From assembly GCF_009914755.1 (NCBI RefSeq), contig NC_060928.1: a stretch of DNA of 64,000 nucleotides; one strand, given 5' to 3'. This document shows positions 37,961 through 54,490 of the stretch, one piece after another. The notes under the pieces were generated by a model. It saw only the letters and a program-made list of their open reading frames with translations. It did not search any database and had not been told where the DNA came from. Every line of letters begins with the position of its first letter. The stretch's first letter is position 1. This DNA is from the human T2T-CHM13v2.0 reference genome, Homo sapiens. A program made the position numbers and the translations under genes.

Positions 37961-38982
37961 CTTTGTGGTTTTATCTACCTTTGCTCTTTGATGATGGTGA
38001 CATACAGATGGGGTTTTGGTGTGGATGTCCTTTCTGTTTGTTAGTTTTGCTTCTAACAGTCAAGAACCACAGCTGCAGGTCTGAGTTTGCTGGATGTCCA
38101 CTCCAGACCCTGTTTGCCTGGGTATCAGCAGCGGAGGCTGCAGAACAGCGAATATTGCTGAACAGCAAATGTTGTTGCCTGATCGTTCCTCTGGAAGCTT
38201 CAGCTCAGAGGGGTACCCGGCCGTGTGAGGTGTCAGTCTGCCCCTACTAGAGGGTGCCTCCCCTTTAGGCTACTCGGGAGTCAGGGACCCACTGGAGGAG
38301 GCAGTCTGTCTGTTCTCAGATCTCAAACTCCATGCTGGGAGAACCACTACTCACTTCAAAGCTGTCAAACAGGGACATTAAGTCTGCAGAGGTTTCTGCT
38401 GCCTTTTGTTCAGCTATGCCCTGCCCCAAGAGGTGGAGTCTACAGAGGCAGGCAGGCCTCCTTGAGCTGCCGTTGGCTCCACCCAGTTTCAGTTTCGAGG
38501 CCACTTTGTTTACCTACTCAAGCGTCAGCAATGGCGGGCGCCCCTCCCCCAGCCTCGCTGCCGCCTTGCAGTTCGATCTCAACTGCTGTGCTAGCAATAA
38601 GCGAGGCTCCATGGGTGTGGGACCCTCTGAGCCATGCGTGGGATATAATTTCCTGGTGTGCCGTTTGCTAAGACCGTTGGAAAAGCACAGTATTACGGTG
38701 GGAGTGAACCGATTTTCCAGGTACCGTCCGTCACTGCTTTCCATGTCTAGGAAAGGGAATTCCCTGACCCCTTGCACTTCCTGGGTGAGGTGATGCCTTG
38801 CCCTGCTTCAGCTCACACTCGGTGGGCTGCACCCACTGTCCTGCCCCCACTGTCCGACAAGCCCCAGTGAGATGAACCTGGTACCTCAGTTAGAAATGCA
38901 GAAATCACCTGTCTTCTGTGTCACTCACACTGGGAGCTGTAGACTGGAGCTGTTCCTATTCGGCCATCTTGGAACCGCCCCC
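37961..38982 (-). promoter_or_regulatory. L1 5' UTR internal sense promoter and antisense promoter region
   Basis: Intact YY1 motif CAAGATGGCCG (plus strand 38961-38971); ORF0 start at 38531 on the plus strand; activity not shown. Confidence 0.75.
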
Positions 38983-39084
38983 GCAATATGGTTCTTTTAA
39001 TGCTTAACATTATTTTAAGATACACTAAGATCAAAAAATATAAATGACAATAATAATAATGGTTACTACTACCACCACCATGAC

Positions 39085-39690
39085 TGCCAAGGTCTACAAG
39101 GCCTAAGAATCTGCCCAGTCATCCCCTCCACTTCCAAACACTCACACCACAGCAGTGGCCTCCAATCTGCTGGGGTGTAAGCATTGGGTAGTGGAGGTGT
39201 TTTTGCCCTTCCTGCTACCTCTACCTAAAACTATCTCTCCCCAGTCAGCCTCATGGTTCACTCCCTCTCTTCATTCAAGTCTCCACTCAAATATCACTTC
39301 TTCAGAAATGCCCAACCCTCACCATTCTGTATCTGATAGCTTTCTCAATTCTTGCTGCTTTTTAGCCCATGACCCAGCTTCATTTTTCTTCATAGCACTG
39401 ATCAAAAGCTATATTCAAATTATTGAAGAGCCAATACAGCAAGGACACCAACCAAAGGAACACATGCTATAGAAAACCTGATCAGTTTATAAGCTCATTA
39501 TCATATATACCTATTAATCCTGACATGCTGTATACATTTGTTGGTTTCTTTACTGTCTGTTTTCTTAACTAGAATGTAAGTTGTGTGAAGGCAGGGACTC
39601 TGTAATATTAACTGCTCTATTCCTACCACATGGAACAATTGACTATTAGTCATATAATAGGTACCCAATAATTATTTGTTGAAATAACTA
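39085..39690 (+). mobile_element. L2a 3' region
   Basis: GGTCTACAAGGCC...CAAATATCACTTCTTCAGA...CTAGAATGTAAG...GAAGGCAGGGAC...TATTTGTTGAA. Confidence 0.8.
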
Positions 39691-40259
39691 AGTAATTTCT
39701 GTGTGTCTATGTGTCATTTAACAATTTATCATAAATGCAAAGAATATTCTCATATAAAATGCAGTCAGGTATTCAGTTACTCAAAGACCATACAAATGTA
39801 CACATACACATAGACACACAGCACACAAGAGTTTTATAGCATTAGATACAATAAAGCAGTTAATAATAACATCTTAATATCTGTAACAATATCCTTGAAG
39901 ATTCAGAAGTCACATGCAAGGCTTCACACATATCACAAGAGTCCCAAAGACTCCATCCAGTTATCACTGATTCTGCTGGTAATGGTTTGGGGAAGAAGAA
40001 TTCCTCTGAGAAAATAAATATACTTTACTGAAATAAAAATGTGAAGCCCTAATTCAAATTACATGCAGGGATATTTGAAATGCTGTTTTCTCTTTCCTTC
40101 CAATAAAGCTAAACAAAATTTGCTACGCTGGAAGTGGGAGAAATTAATCTCACCTGCATCGTGATGTTTACTTTAATCATAGAAAAAAATAGGTATTAAC
40201 AAAATACTGGCAGATAAGAAGGTAATAAGCAGCAGAGTAGCAGGAGTATCAGGAGCAAC

Positions 40260-40405
40260 TACAATGGTCAAATCTATATTTTAAGTACCCACAATTGGCC
40301 AGGCACTGTGCTAGTGCAGTATATACATTATCACTAATGCCCAGAACCACTCAACAGCCACCTCACCCACACAAATGAGGAAAATAGGGTTCAGGAAGGC
40401 CAAAC
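40260..40405 (-). mobile_element. MIR fragment
   Basis: GCCAGGCACTGTGCTAG...ACAAATGAGGAAAATAGGGTTCAGG. Confidence 0.65.
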
Positions 40406-43139
40406 AACTCTTCTTGGAGATTTGAAAGTAAGATAATGTTGATCATTACAGAATCTCCTCAAATAAAGGAATAATAATAATTTCTCATTTGACTGATAAG
40501 GAAACCAAGGAGCAAAAGATCTAAAGACTGAAAATTAAATCCTTTGACTCCCATTCACAAGCATCCTTGTCTATTGAGGCTAAATTAGTCCATGTGTTTT
40601 TAATTTCACGAAGATCTTGCCTTGTAATAAAAACTGTAATATTAAATTAAAACCCCACTGAGTTCAAATTTATAAATTTAAATCTTGCTAATAACTATTT
40701 ATCCTTGACAATACTACGACAGTTTGGAATGATGCCTCCCCATCTGTAACTTCCTCTCCAATAGTGATTTGTGACATGAATTCCCATCTAATGGATATTG
40801 TCCAGATTTTGGATACAATTTTTAGAATATGATTGCTTGCTTACTTTTTAACTGATTACCCATAAAAATTTCAAATTAAGGCTACTGTAGTAGAAAAGAA
40901 AAATCAGGTTAAAATTAAAATGTCATTGACAGGAGACAAATTGCAAACTGGAAGAAGGCAGAACAAGGTTAATATTGCTGGAAGATGGAGATTAGAAAAT
41001 GAGAAATAGGGAGATCCAGCAGCTCTACTACAGCTGGTGACATTTCCAGTCCTTGAACACCATCAAGCACCATGGGAGGCTACAAGAAGAGGCAACAGAG
41101 GAACCACAACAACAAAATACTACATTAGCAACACATAGGACTGATTCTGTTAACTCTGTTCCTTGGTTCCTAATGTACCTGACATTACTTTGAATGAGTC
41201 AAATTTCAGTACCAGACAGGTTCCTGGCCACATTGTTTTTCCATTAGGCTTATGACTAAAACAGCTTTTCACAACATCGGCTAACACTGTGAAAATCTGT
41301 TCCTATATTACCATCTCATCTGGATTATGTCTTTCCTTTTCACCCGCCCACCCTCACCTTTGTTTTTCTAACACAAGAAAACAGTACAAATTTTAATCAT
41401 GTTCTAAAACAGTGAGAGAAGCAGCAATGACTCAATGACTTAAGAAGAGAATAAAAATCTTGGTTTTGAAACACGGAATCCTGGTGTGTCACCATCATAG
41501 TATTTAACCTGGAGAAAACCACTATACATGTATGTGCTCTGACATTCTTCCTGAAGCTTGAAGCTTTGATAGAAGTAATTATTTTTACATGACTGCAAAA
41601 GCTTAACTGTCATTTTTATCCATGGGACAGTGGATATCTGTGCATGATAAATTTAGAAAACATTAAGTGATAAATATTTGCTAATAATATCCTGAACTTA
41701 CTTTTTATTTGAAATTTTTATTGGTTTATCATGATAACTATTTTAATGACAGTTCTAGGGAAAACAAGACGGGACTTCAACACCAATTAAATTCATTGCA
41801 ATTGGAAGAACTACTCCAAATAGCATTTTTTTTTCACTATAATATTGATTCCAAATGACTTGCCCAGAGTAAGTCAATTCTAGTTCTGGTTACCATATTT
41901 AATCATGATTTCAGAGATATGTCAAAACATCAAAGGGATATCACTGCAAATAATATGCCAGAAGAAAGAACTGGTACCACAATGTTTAAAGCCCTAATTT
42001 GTATTGTGTCCTATCTGGTTACTGTTATCTTTGAAAAGTAATATAACTTCAGCTTTATGCATTTAATTTGGTACCCAGATATTTGCAGGCATAGGCAGTA
42101 GCAGATTCTACAGAAACGTATTTCTGTAGTCCCTCCAAGGAAGTTTTGTTTTCTTTCCCCCAAAAGAGCACGGACTGGTCACCAGATGTGGAACCCATAT
42201 GGCACACAAACACGAGAGCCCTGGGACAGTAAGAATGGAGCTAATAAGCTCAACAGGCAGGAGCACCCATTCTGAGATGATGGACAAATGTTCAGTTCTA
42301 TTGGCTTTCTGAAAAAAATATATAAATCATTTTATTTTTAAACTAAAAATATGGCTTGGCTTGTCATTTTCTCCAATTCTTCTCTTTTTTTAGTTTGAAA
42401 GGAAATTTACCCATATGTAATTTATTACTTAGTCTGAATTCTGTCCTTTTCGCATATAATTCATGTTGAGGTTTAAAGAAAGAAAACTAAATCAGGAACA
42501 GATAGTAAGATTGCTTTAACTAGTGAAAAGTTAAATTTTGTTTGCTGTAACTCTGAAGGAACTGTTATAGTTCATCAGTCACTAGGACCTGTATATTCTG
42601 TTTCTTAGTTATCTCTGGAATGTAATTCTTCCCCTCCAGGTGTCAGCCCTTTTTCCACAAACACATGCCTTACAGTCACACCCTGCCATGTGAGATCCTG
42701 CAACATGCTATGCGCTATCAGAACTCTGTGTCTTTGCATATACAGTTCCCATTGTCTTGCATGTCTTTCCCGTCCTTCCCTAACCGGCAATTCCCTTTCA
42801 TCCTTCAAAACATAGTCTCACGGAACATTTTCTCATGGAAATCTCGTTTGGCTTGCCTAGATGCAATTATGACTTTTTAATGCCTTTTAAAATGAGCCAC
42901 CGCAAATAAGTCCACCAATGTGTTTCTTTTCTAACATAAAAGAACTAAAGACAATACTGATGGCAGTTGACATTTATAGAGAGCTCTATTTATGCCAGAC
43001 ACAATGTTAACTACTTTATGCAAATCTCATGGAAGGTTATAAACTTAATATATAAAAAGCTCTTACAAATTACAAAAATAATACTTCTGCATTATAGATA
43101 CTACGAAACACAAAGAAAATAAGAATCTCACAATCCACC

Positions 43140-43967
<828 letters not shown>

Positions 43968-43984
43968 CCTACTACTTAGAAAAC

Positions 43985-44850
43985 TATGATAATAATTGTG
44001 ATGTATTTTCCAGTATTTCTTCTACTTTATATATCTAATCTCCCTCTACTTTCTTCACCTTTTTTTATTATTTAACAGAGTTAGCTTCATGGTATATATG
44101 TAGTTTTGTTTTTCATGAGAATAAACTCTCTTCTATTAACATTACATGAATAACATTTCCACACCTCATTAAAAATATTCTTCAATAACTTAATTTTTAA
44201 CAACTATAACATGCATTCCATCAATCTCACTGTAAAACAACTAGGTTGTTCCTAATTTGTCATTATTATAAATAAAAACCATAAGGAAAATATTACAACA
44301 TAAATCATATCACCATATTTGATTATATTCTTAATTATCTTAATCTGAAATGAAATTACCATAAAAAATATAAACCTTTTCAAGGTTTATTGCCAAAGTG
44401 CTTTGACAAAATTCACTCTTCCAATAGTAATGTTTCTGAAGGAACATGTTACTGAGCTCTACCCAACACTAATTATTATTTGATAATCTTTGATAATTTT
44501 AAGTGGTAAATTACATCTCAGCATTGTTTGGGGTTTTTTATTACTAGGAAAACTGAACATTTTTTTCATATGCTTATTAGCCACTATTATTTCCTCATCT
44601 GTAAAATGGCTGGCCACATTTTAAAAATCATTTTTTCTGTTGAATGATGTTTTCCTTATCCATATGAACAAATTCTTCACATGTAATATACATCAATCTT
44701 TGTCTTATGGCAAATACTTTTCCTATTTTGTTTGCTTTTATCAAGGTGAGTTGATAACACCCTATATAAAATTTTTAGAGCTAATAATAATGGCTAAAAT
44801 TTGTTGTGTTTTCTATGTTATTGCCAAAGGGCGACTACCTGACATAAATT
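43985..44850 (-). mobile_element. Old L1ME fragment
   Basis: CTGAACATTTTTTTCATATGCTTATTAGCCA and similar degraded antisense ORF2 motifs. Confidence 0.55.
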
Positions 44851-45169
44851 TTTGTATTCTAAAGACTTAATGAATTTGCTATTATGATTATCCCCTCTAG
44901 TTTGCAAATGAGGAAACTGTGCCTTAATGAGGTAGATAATTTCTACCAAGATCACTCAGTAAGTATCAGCAGCATTTAGTTCTAGAACCCTCTAATCTTA
45001 AGGTCCTTTCTCTAAACCACTAAGCCATACTATTATCAAATTTGGTGGCTTTCCCCCTTTGTGATTAATGTCATGGCTTTTAGGTTTTTCCCTATTCCAA
45101 AATAAACTCAATGTTTACCAATATTTTCCGGTAGTTTACTTGTTATTTGGGGTATTTTTAATTTTTTTA

Positions 45170-45300
45170 AATTTAACAGTATAGAAATTTGATCTCGCTG
45201 TATTGCCCAGATTGGTCTCAACCTCCAAGCCTCAAGAGATCATCCTGCCTTGGCCTCCCGAAGTGCTGGGATTACAGATATGAGCCACTGCAACCAGGCT
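45170..45300 (-). mobile_element. FLAM / Alu left monomer
   Basis: GGTCTCAACCTCCAAGCCTCAAG...GTGCTGGGATTACAG; single monomer only. Confidence 0.85.
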
Positions 45301-47142
45301 GGTTTTGGATTTCTAATTTATCTTTTAATATAGCAATAATCACTCCCCTCATCAATTGTTCTTAGCCACATATTAAATATTATTTCTTTTCCCACTGGTT
45401 TGTGATACTGCCTTTAACAAATAAAAAAGTCACTAAAATACTCTTGCATCTGTTCCTAAACTATCTTGCAGCAATACAACATTATTGGTAATTATTTTTA
45501 TGGGGGGGAGGGGACTAATTGCTGAATTAAAATGTAAGGACCAAAACCCAAAAAGACTATTAGAAAATACTGATAAACATTATTGATGTATAATTGATAT
45601 ATATTGATATATAATATTGATAAGTATTATCATATGGGCTGACACAAGTCTTTTTCCCAACATTACTGTTTTTTAGGCTTTTTTGGCTGTTTTCAAGAAT
45701 AACTTAATCAAATTATTTAAAAAATTTTTCACTAACATTCTGATGAGCAATGAAGTTCATAAAATAAATTGAGAGGAAATTTTTAATGAACACGTACTAT
45801 CTGCCAGGTGGAAAAATAACAATAAACAAAACATGGGATCCCTGCCTTCAGAGAGCTAAGGAGACTGATAAGTTAGGCAATATTTAAATTAATTGAATTA
45901 TTTAAATTAGGGTGATTAGTGCAAGAGGATGGGCAGCACCAAAAAAAGGCAGCTTACTTGGACTTGAAGGATGAGGTAACACATATAGGTAAAGAAATGA
46001 CCCAGTAAAAGAGAAGATCACTGTGGCTGCCTCCTTAACCAGAAACCAACCAACCCTCAAAAACCTGTCTATCACTAACTAAATTATTTTTAACACTCTT
46101 GTACAGTTATCAGGGGATTACATTTTTTCTGTGGGTTATTTACCCCGATCTAAAAAAGGTATCCCTAATGAGGTGCATTTCAGCAAACTCCTTGCTGTTG
46201 AGGATGTCCTGGACCTTCTCATCCTTTCCTGTCATGCTGTCTTCCTGCGAAAGAAGATGGAGCATGTGGCTGACAGATGGAAAGATGGCCAGTATGTGTG
46301 ACCTCTGTAAGCGTCTCCTCTGGCCTCTTATCTGAGCATCACCTGACCTTCTTCAGTGATGAAAATCCTTCCTATCACCACTCTACAATTTTCTATAAAA
46401 GGACACCAATTATAATTTCAGCCATAGAAAGGTGACAAAATTAAGTATAATGTGAGAAAAGGACATTGTATATGAGAGATGTGAAAATAAATTTTAAAGA
46501 GGAAAAAAATGGCAATTTCCTTGATGATTTTTCCTGTCACAGCAAACAGTGAAATTCTCCTGTGTAGCCAATGTTCACAAAGAAATTTAGATCTTAAATA
46601 AACCCATATAAGCCATCTATAGAAGGGTGTGCCATAGAGGGGATTCTTGTAAAGATGACGCTAAAGTTCTTCCAAAAATGAGAATCTTGGTATAAAAACG
46701 GCTAAGATTTTGAAGTAAATGCAAACAACAATACAAAGTCTTTGCATGAATTTAAAAACTATATTTGTTGTTTGGATCAAGCCTCACTACAGCAGAATAC
46801 CTTCACCTTTGGGGCTGAGCACTGGGAAGTCTAAACCCTTTATTCCAATATGATTCACCCATCAGTCATAATATATGGCTGGAAAATGGCAAATAAGATG
46901 AACTACAAATACTGGAGGGGAGTGCTCCAAACGAAATTCCAGGGTATATATTTATTCATAAAACAAAAATAAGGAATTATTTCTGCAAAAAATCAAAAAT
47001 TATGAATCTGACTTTATTTGTATTTTCTGATAAATGTATGTACAGATGATTTGCTTATAAACAGGCAGAGCTGCACTTCTCATACTAGAAGTGCAGTTTG
47101 ACAATTACATTTTTTAATTTATATTTTCAAATAAGCTCTTCA

Positions 47143-47385
47143 ATGTAGTGTGGTAGAGTTATTGAAAGCACAGACTTTGGAGTCAGGCAGAGACAGGATT
47201 GAATCCAGGCTCCACCACTTATAAACTATGTAAACTAGGTAAATACTTAACTTCTCTAAGCTTCTGTTCCTTCCTCTGTAAAACAGGAACAAGGATAGTT
47301 CCTAGAACTGTAAGGTTTGAATAAGACAATGCATATGAAGCATTTAAGCCTAGTTCTTGTCACTGGGCAAGAGCTCAATGGTGGT
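47143..47385 (+). mobile_element. MIR
   Basis: AGCACAGACTTTGGAGTCAGGCAG...GAATCCAGGCTCCACCACTTA...CTCTGTAAAACAGG. Confidence 0.85.
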
Positions 47386-47738
47386 AGATGGGGTGGTAGT
47401 GGGGATCAACTATCTCATAATTTCAGTACAAACATCTTGTAAAGACTTCAGGATGATTTTACAAAGAACAGGGTAAAAATGGGAGTGGTGTGGTGAAACA
47501 AAAGTGATAAGGGTTTCTGGCAAGATTGATACATTTCTGACAACATTAGACCAAGTTATAGACATGAGCAGCTATAGTCATCCTTCTTCTACGACTCTTG
47601 GCAAAAACCCTTATGTACAAGTTGTCACTTAAACTTGTTGTCTTCTGTTGCTTCAACAATAACATTACCTCTTTTATGAGTTTGATGAAGATAAAATAGA
47701 TACAAACGTTAAGATATTTTCTATATCTCAGATATTGA

Positions 47739-49985
<2,247 letters not shown>

Positions 49986-51031
49986 AAGATATGCAATATC
50001 TGAATCAGGTATTGAAATCAGATATTCAATACCTCAGATCTCTGAGGTATAATTTTGAAATAAAATTAGATGAAAATGCCTCACTAACTATAAAGAACTA
50101 TACATACATCAAACCAATATGTACACTGTATTGTATGCTTCTTATAGGTCAGGCATATTCCAAGTGAAGTGAAAGCACAAATAAATAAGTTATAAAATGT
50201 CAGTCTAACAGTATGGGTATAGTTGTGCCAGAGTGAGATGGATGCAAATAAGCCATGCTACAACTGATAGGTATTATTATAGGTATATGCATAAGGGACT
50301 ATGGCATACTAAGAAAGGAACCATTCATGTGTTAAGTAGGATATATATCCCTTATAAATTGAAAACTAGTTTTTTAAAAAAAAACCCTTCTTAATACTGA
50401 ACAAAGTGTTTCAGACCTAACAGATGCTCACGATCTGTGCTGACTATAATCCTTATTATTTAACTTGCTCGTCCCTACTCACTAGATAATGCAAGCCGCA
50501 CAACAGCACAGATTTTGTTTTTCTTGTTCATGGATTCAGCCTTGCTGTCAAAGCATGGTGTCTGGTGTCTAATAGGTGGCTCGATAAATATTGATTGAAT
50601 GAATGGATTTTATGTTCTGGTTACATAAGAAATCATCTCCATTTGGAGGTCATTTCATAAGCTCTCCTACAAAAGCAAAATGTCTTCACTTCTAAACTTT
50701 AGTCTATATTTTCTCTTTTTTTACTGTATTATTTTATCATGCTAATCAGAAACACACTCAATTATTCCTATACCCAATCAATATATGAATTATTCTTAAG
50801 GAGAATTTAAATCAGGTGGCTGCCATTAAAAACTATCCTGGTCAATAGAGAAGAGTGCTGATGGTGTATGCCTTGGTTGATAAATTCATCATATTTAAAT
50901 AGGCAGCTTTCCTCTAAAATGTTATGTTTATGAGATTACTGCTAATATACTTTTTTCTTTTCTTTTTCTCACTAAGGCTATAATCCCTTAAAAAATGTAG
51001 TACCAAGAAGAAAACAAATCCATCAAATAAA

Positions 51032-51062
51032 ACTTACCTAAAAAAATTAAACAAAAAATGTT
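51032..51062 (-). other. Candidate recursive (AG|GT) splice site
   Basis: Minus strand reads ...AACATTTTTTGTTTAATTTTTTTAG|GTAAGT; motif only, no transcript evidence. Confidence 0.4.
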
Positions 51063-54023
51063 ATATATATATTAAAGTTTCATGTAATTATCTTCCTTTT
51101 AGTCTCAAAACACCTTGATGTACTCTACATGTACAGATTTTATGTCTTTGTACTTTATAATGTTTTTTCTATCAAAACCAACGTTAAAGAATACAAAACA
51201 AAAACTAGTGGGTATCATATATTCAATAAGACAGAAGAGAAATTCTATATTTTTCAACAAAAATTAGTAACAAGAAATGCCAAACCCAAATATTTCCAGT
51301 TTATTTCCCTACTTTTTTCTATTTAAAAATTATGAATCCAGAATGTTGCAAGGAAAACAAACTTTAAATACTTACTAATATATAAAACAAAACAGCAACC
51401 AAAACAAAACAGTTCACTTACAAAAAGAAAAAAGGCTGCACCATCCCTATGTGGACGAACTACTCAAAGGAATCTTTTGTATTCTCTAGTAAAACTACAA
51501 TAAAGATTTTTTTTAATCACATGGATGGATAACAATAGAAAGCTCCACGTGGAAGGGTGATAATCTATCAATTTTTAACACATATTTTTCCCCTGGAATA
51601 AGCTTTTTGGCAATTTTGTTTTGCTTATTTACAAAATCAGGAGACAAAAAAACAAGACTAGTATTCTTGCATTTTATGTTAGGAAAGATGCCTGTTAAAA
51701 ACATACAGTACAACCAGTATGTAATTGCCCAGCTGTGGATTTCTTTTTCTGCACAGGACATGAAATATCATAAATTACTCTAGAAGAAATAGTTCCAGAA
51801 TGTTTATAAAATTACACTGCAACACAATACTGCAAGTCATAAGCTAGTTCTGCTCCCACTGGACAGCCTTGAGTAAAGAAAGAAAGAGCTGAGGAAAGCC
51901 ACATATTCCTCCTAAAGTATGTCCATCTTTAGGAGATTCGGATCATTCGACATTCATCACTTCAAGCATCAACACATTCTGGAGAAAAAAACCAGACAGA
52001 CTTAACAGGTTCTGCTCAGCACTCTTCTACATCTTCCACCTGTCCACTTCTGCTGTGAGTCCTTTAACTTCAAAGTAAAGAATGAGAAGAACAGAGGGAG
52101 ATAGCAAGGCATAGACTTTCCAGAGATCATGGAGAAATCCATGCGCTAGCCCAACACTCCTGTCTAGTCTCAGGCACCCACTAATGTTAAGCTAACCTCT
52201 AGCACTCTCGGAATCCTTAAGTCAGAAATACTCTAGGTATTCTGCCAGCCTAGGCATAGGCTTCTTTCAGAAAAGCACACCTTTAGGCACATTAGACCTA
52301 AATGCCCTGTGAACAGACATAAGCAAGACTTGGTTTCTCCAAGGCTAATGCTAAAAAGAAAAAAAAATCAATTAGTGTTATGTCCTTTTATTCTTAGGAA
52401 CCTAGGTGTTTAACAAAGAAAAAAAAAATCCTAGCACCACTGGGGTAGTTGTCATGGTACAAACAGCTAGAGGGAGTGGCTCAGGATGGAAGATTCAGTT
52501 AGTGTAGGGAAGCACAAACCACTGTTATTTCCCTTTTGGTCATGCAAGAATAACCAGAATGGTTGTATCCTCCTTGTTTTTCACAAAATGAAGACCCACC
52601 CATATGCGCCTTCAGTCACTGGCATAAGGTGTGTATTTGAAACTTTTTTAGTAAACCCATGAAATGGTAAGAACCAAAATTGTTAGCCTTAAACTTACTT
52701 TGCCTGATTACTAACTCTGGTTTCCAGCTGGAATAACACATGATATCATTGCTTCTAAAGCAAGGCCAGTTAAAAAGCACTGGTTTACATAGCCTATATA
52801 TTCGACTCTCATTTTCTGATCAGATGCTTGGCACAGATTCACCTAACTCCAAATCTGGCCATATGCCTACCCTGGGCAAAGGAACAAAAGTTCATGGTGT
52901 TATTTTCTTTTTTCTATTTGTCTCTCTTTCATTATTCAAAAATACAATACTTTAATGTGATAAGGGAGAAGAACTACATTAAAATAACTATTCTGCAAGA
53001 AGAAATGAAATTGAGATGATATATCCTTATGGAGAAATGTGTAGGTCTCATGAGTGTCCAATTAAAAGCTTACTGAGGAGTAAAACTCAAGATAAAAATT
53101 TAACGTGAATGCCAAATTTATAGATATATCAAAGAAAAACAAACTAATGGGAAACAATGCATTTCAGTAATCCCAGTACTCATAAAAAAAGTTATCAATT
53201 AAATGCAGAATCTAGGACTTATTTTTCTCACAGAAGCAATACTAGAAAAGCAGGACTCAGATACTCATACCAGCCTATAAAATCCTACTTTGTCCTGTAT
53301 CTTTGAAAAATGGCACAAGTAGTAGTAATGTACTGATAAATCCACATTACAAAAGAAATTGTATGCACATCCAAAAAAAAATATTTGTTTCAGTTTGACA
53401 ATGTTACTGTCTAGCAGACAGCATGTGCTCAATACATTGTTATTACACAGACTGAAACAGAATACTTTGGAAAAGGCTTTTCAGCTTTTCCCCTCCACTA
53501 TTTGGAAGTGACACCTCTCTTGGCAAAGAACTTGAGGGAGGAGCTTCCCTGGAGAGGAGAGAAGGTGATGGAGAGATTTATATTTCTTGGAAGTAGTAAA
53601 GTTTATTAATTCTCTCTATAAATAATACAGTATCCCCCAGGTATTCTGAATGATTTTAAAAAATGGGGACTGGAGGACAGAGGTTTTGTCAATTAAATAA
53701 AAGTGTCTAATCATATGAATGTCTGAGGAGCCAACATGTTAGGCAGCTCAGATCTCTTTAATTCCTAATGTTCTTTATCTGGGACTTTTTTGATACATTT
53801 CTTTGGAAAATTTAAAAATTTTAAAAATTTAGGTTTGCACCAAAGTAAGTGAAATATTCATACACTACTTCCAAACACCCAGAATCTGGCGACGTTTAAG
53901 AGCACAAGCATCAAGATAATTCATTATTTTGATCACTTCCTTAGCAGGTCATAAAATGATCAGAATTACAAGGCTCACAGCACGAACTCCTGTGACGAAT
54001 ATTGCAACAAAAGGTGACCATAT

Positions 54024-54490
54024 TAATTGGAATGTAGTTCACCTACTATCACAGAGATCCAAAATTACAGTGCCTTAAGCAAGATAGGAATGTATGTCTT
54101 ACTCACACAAAGTGAAAATAGGTGATCCTGGGCTGGTATGGTGTTTCCACCATCATGAGATAACCGACCACGGTCTTCCCATCTTTTGCTCAAACATCCC
54201 CAACACACAGCTTCCTCTATGATCCAAGATGGCCACTCCTGCTCCTGCCATTCTGGCTGCATTTCAGCAAGCAGGAAGAAAGGGGATAAGGGAAGACATG
54301 TGCCTGCCCTTTAAATGCACAGCCTGAACCTGGCCCACATCACATCTACATAGGTCTCATTTGCCAGAACCTGGTCTCATCTAGTTGGAAGGGTAACTGG
54401 GAAGCACATTCATTACTTGGGGTGGCCATGTGCTATGCAAAAAGGTGAGAACAGGTGGTAAGAACATAAAGAAGCCTCTCTGTCCTAACA
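54024..54490 (-). mobile_element. MLT1J-type MaLR LTR
   Basis: ACAGTGCCTTAAGCAAGATAG...CCAAGATGGCC...TCTCATTTGCCAGAAC...GGGTGGCCATGTGC. Confidence 0.75.
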
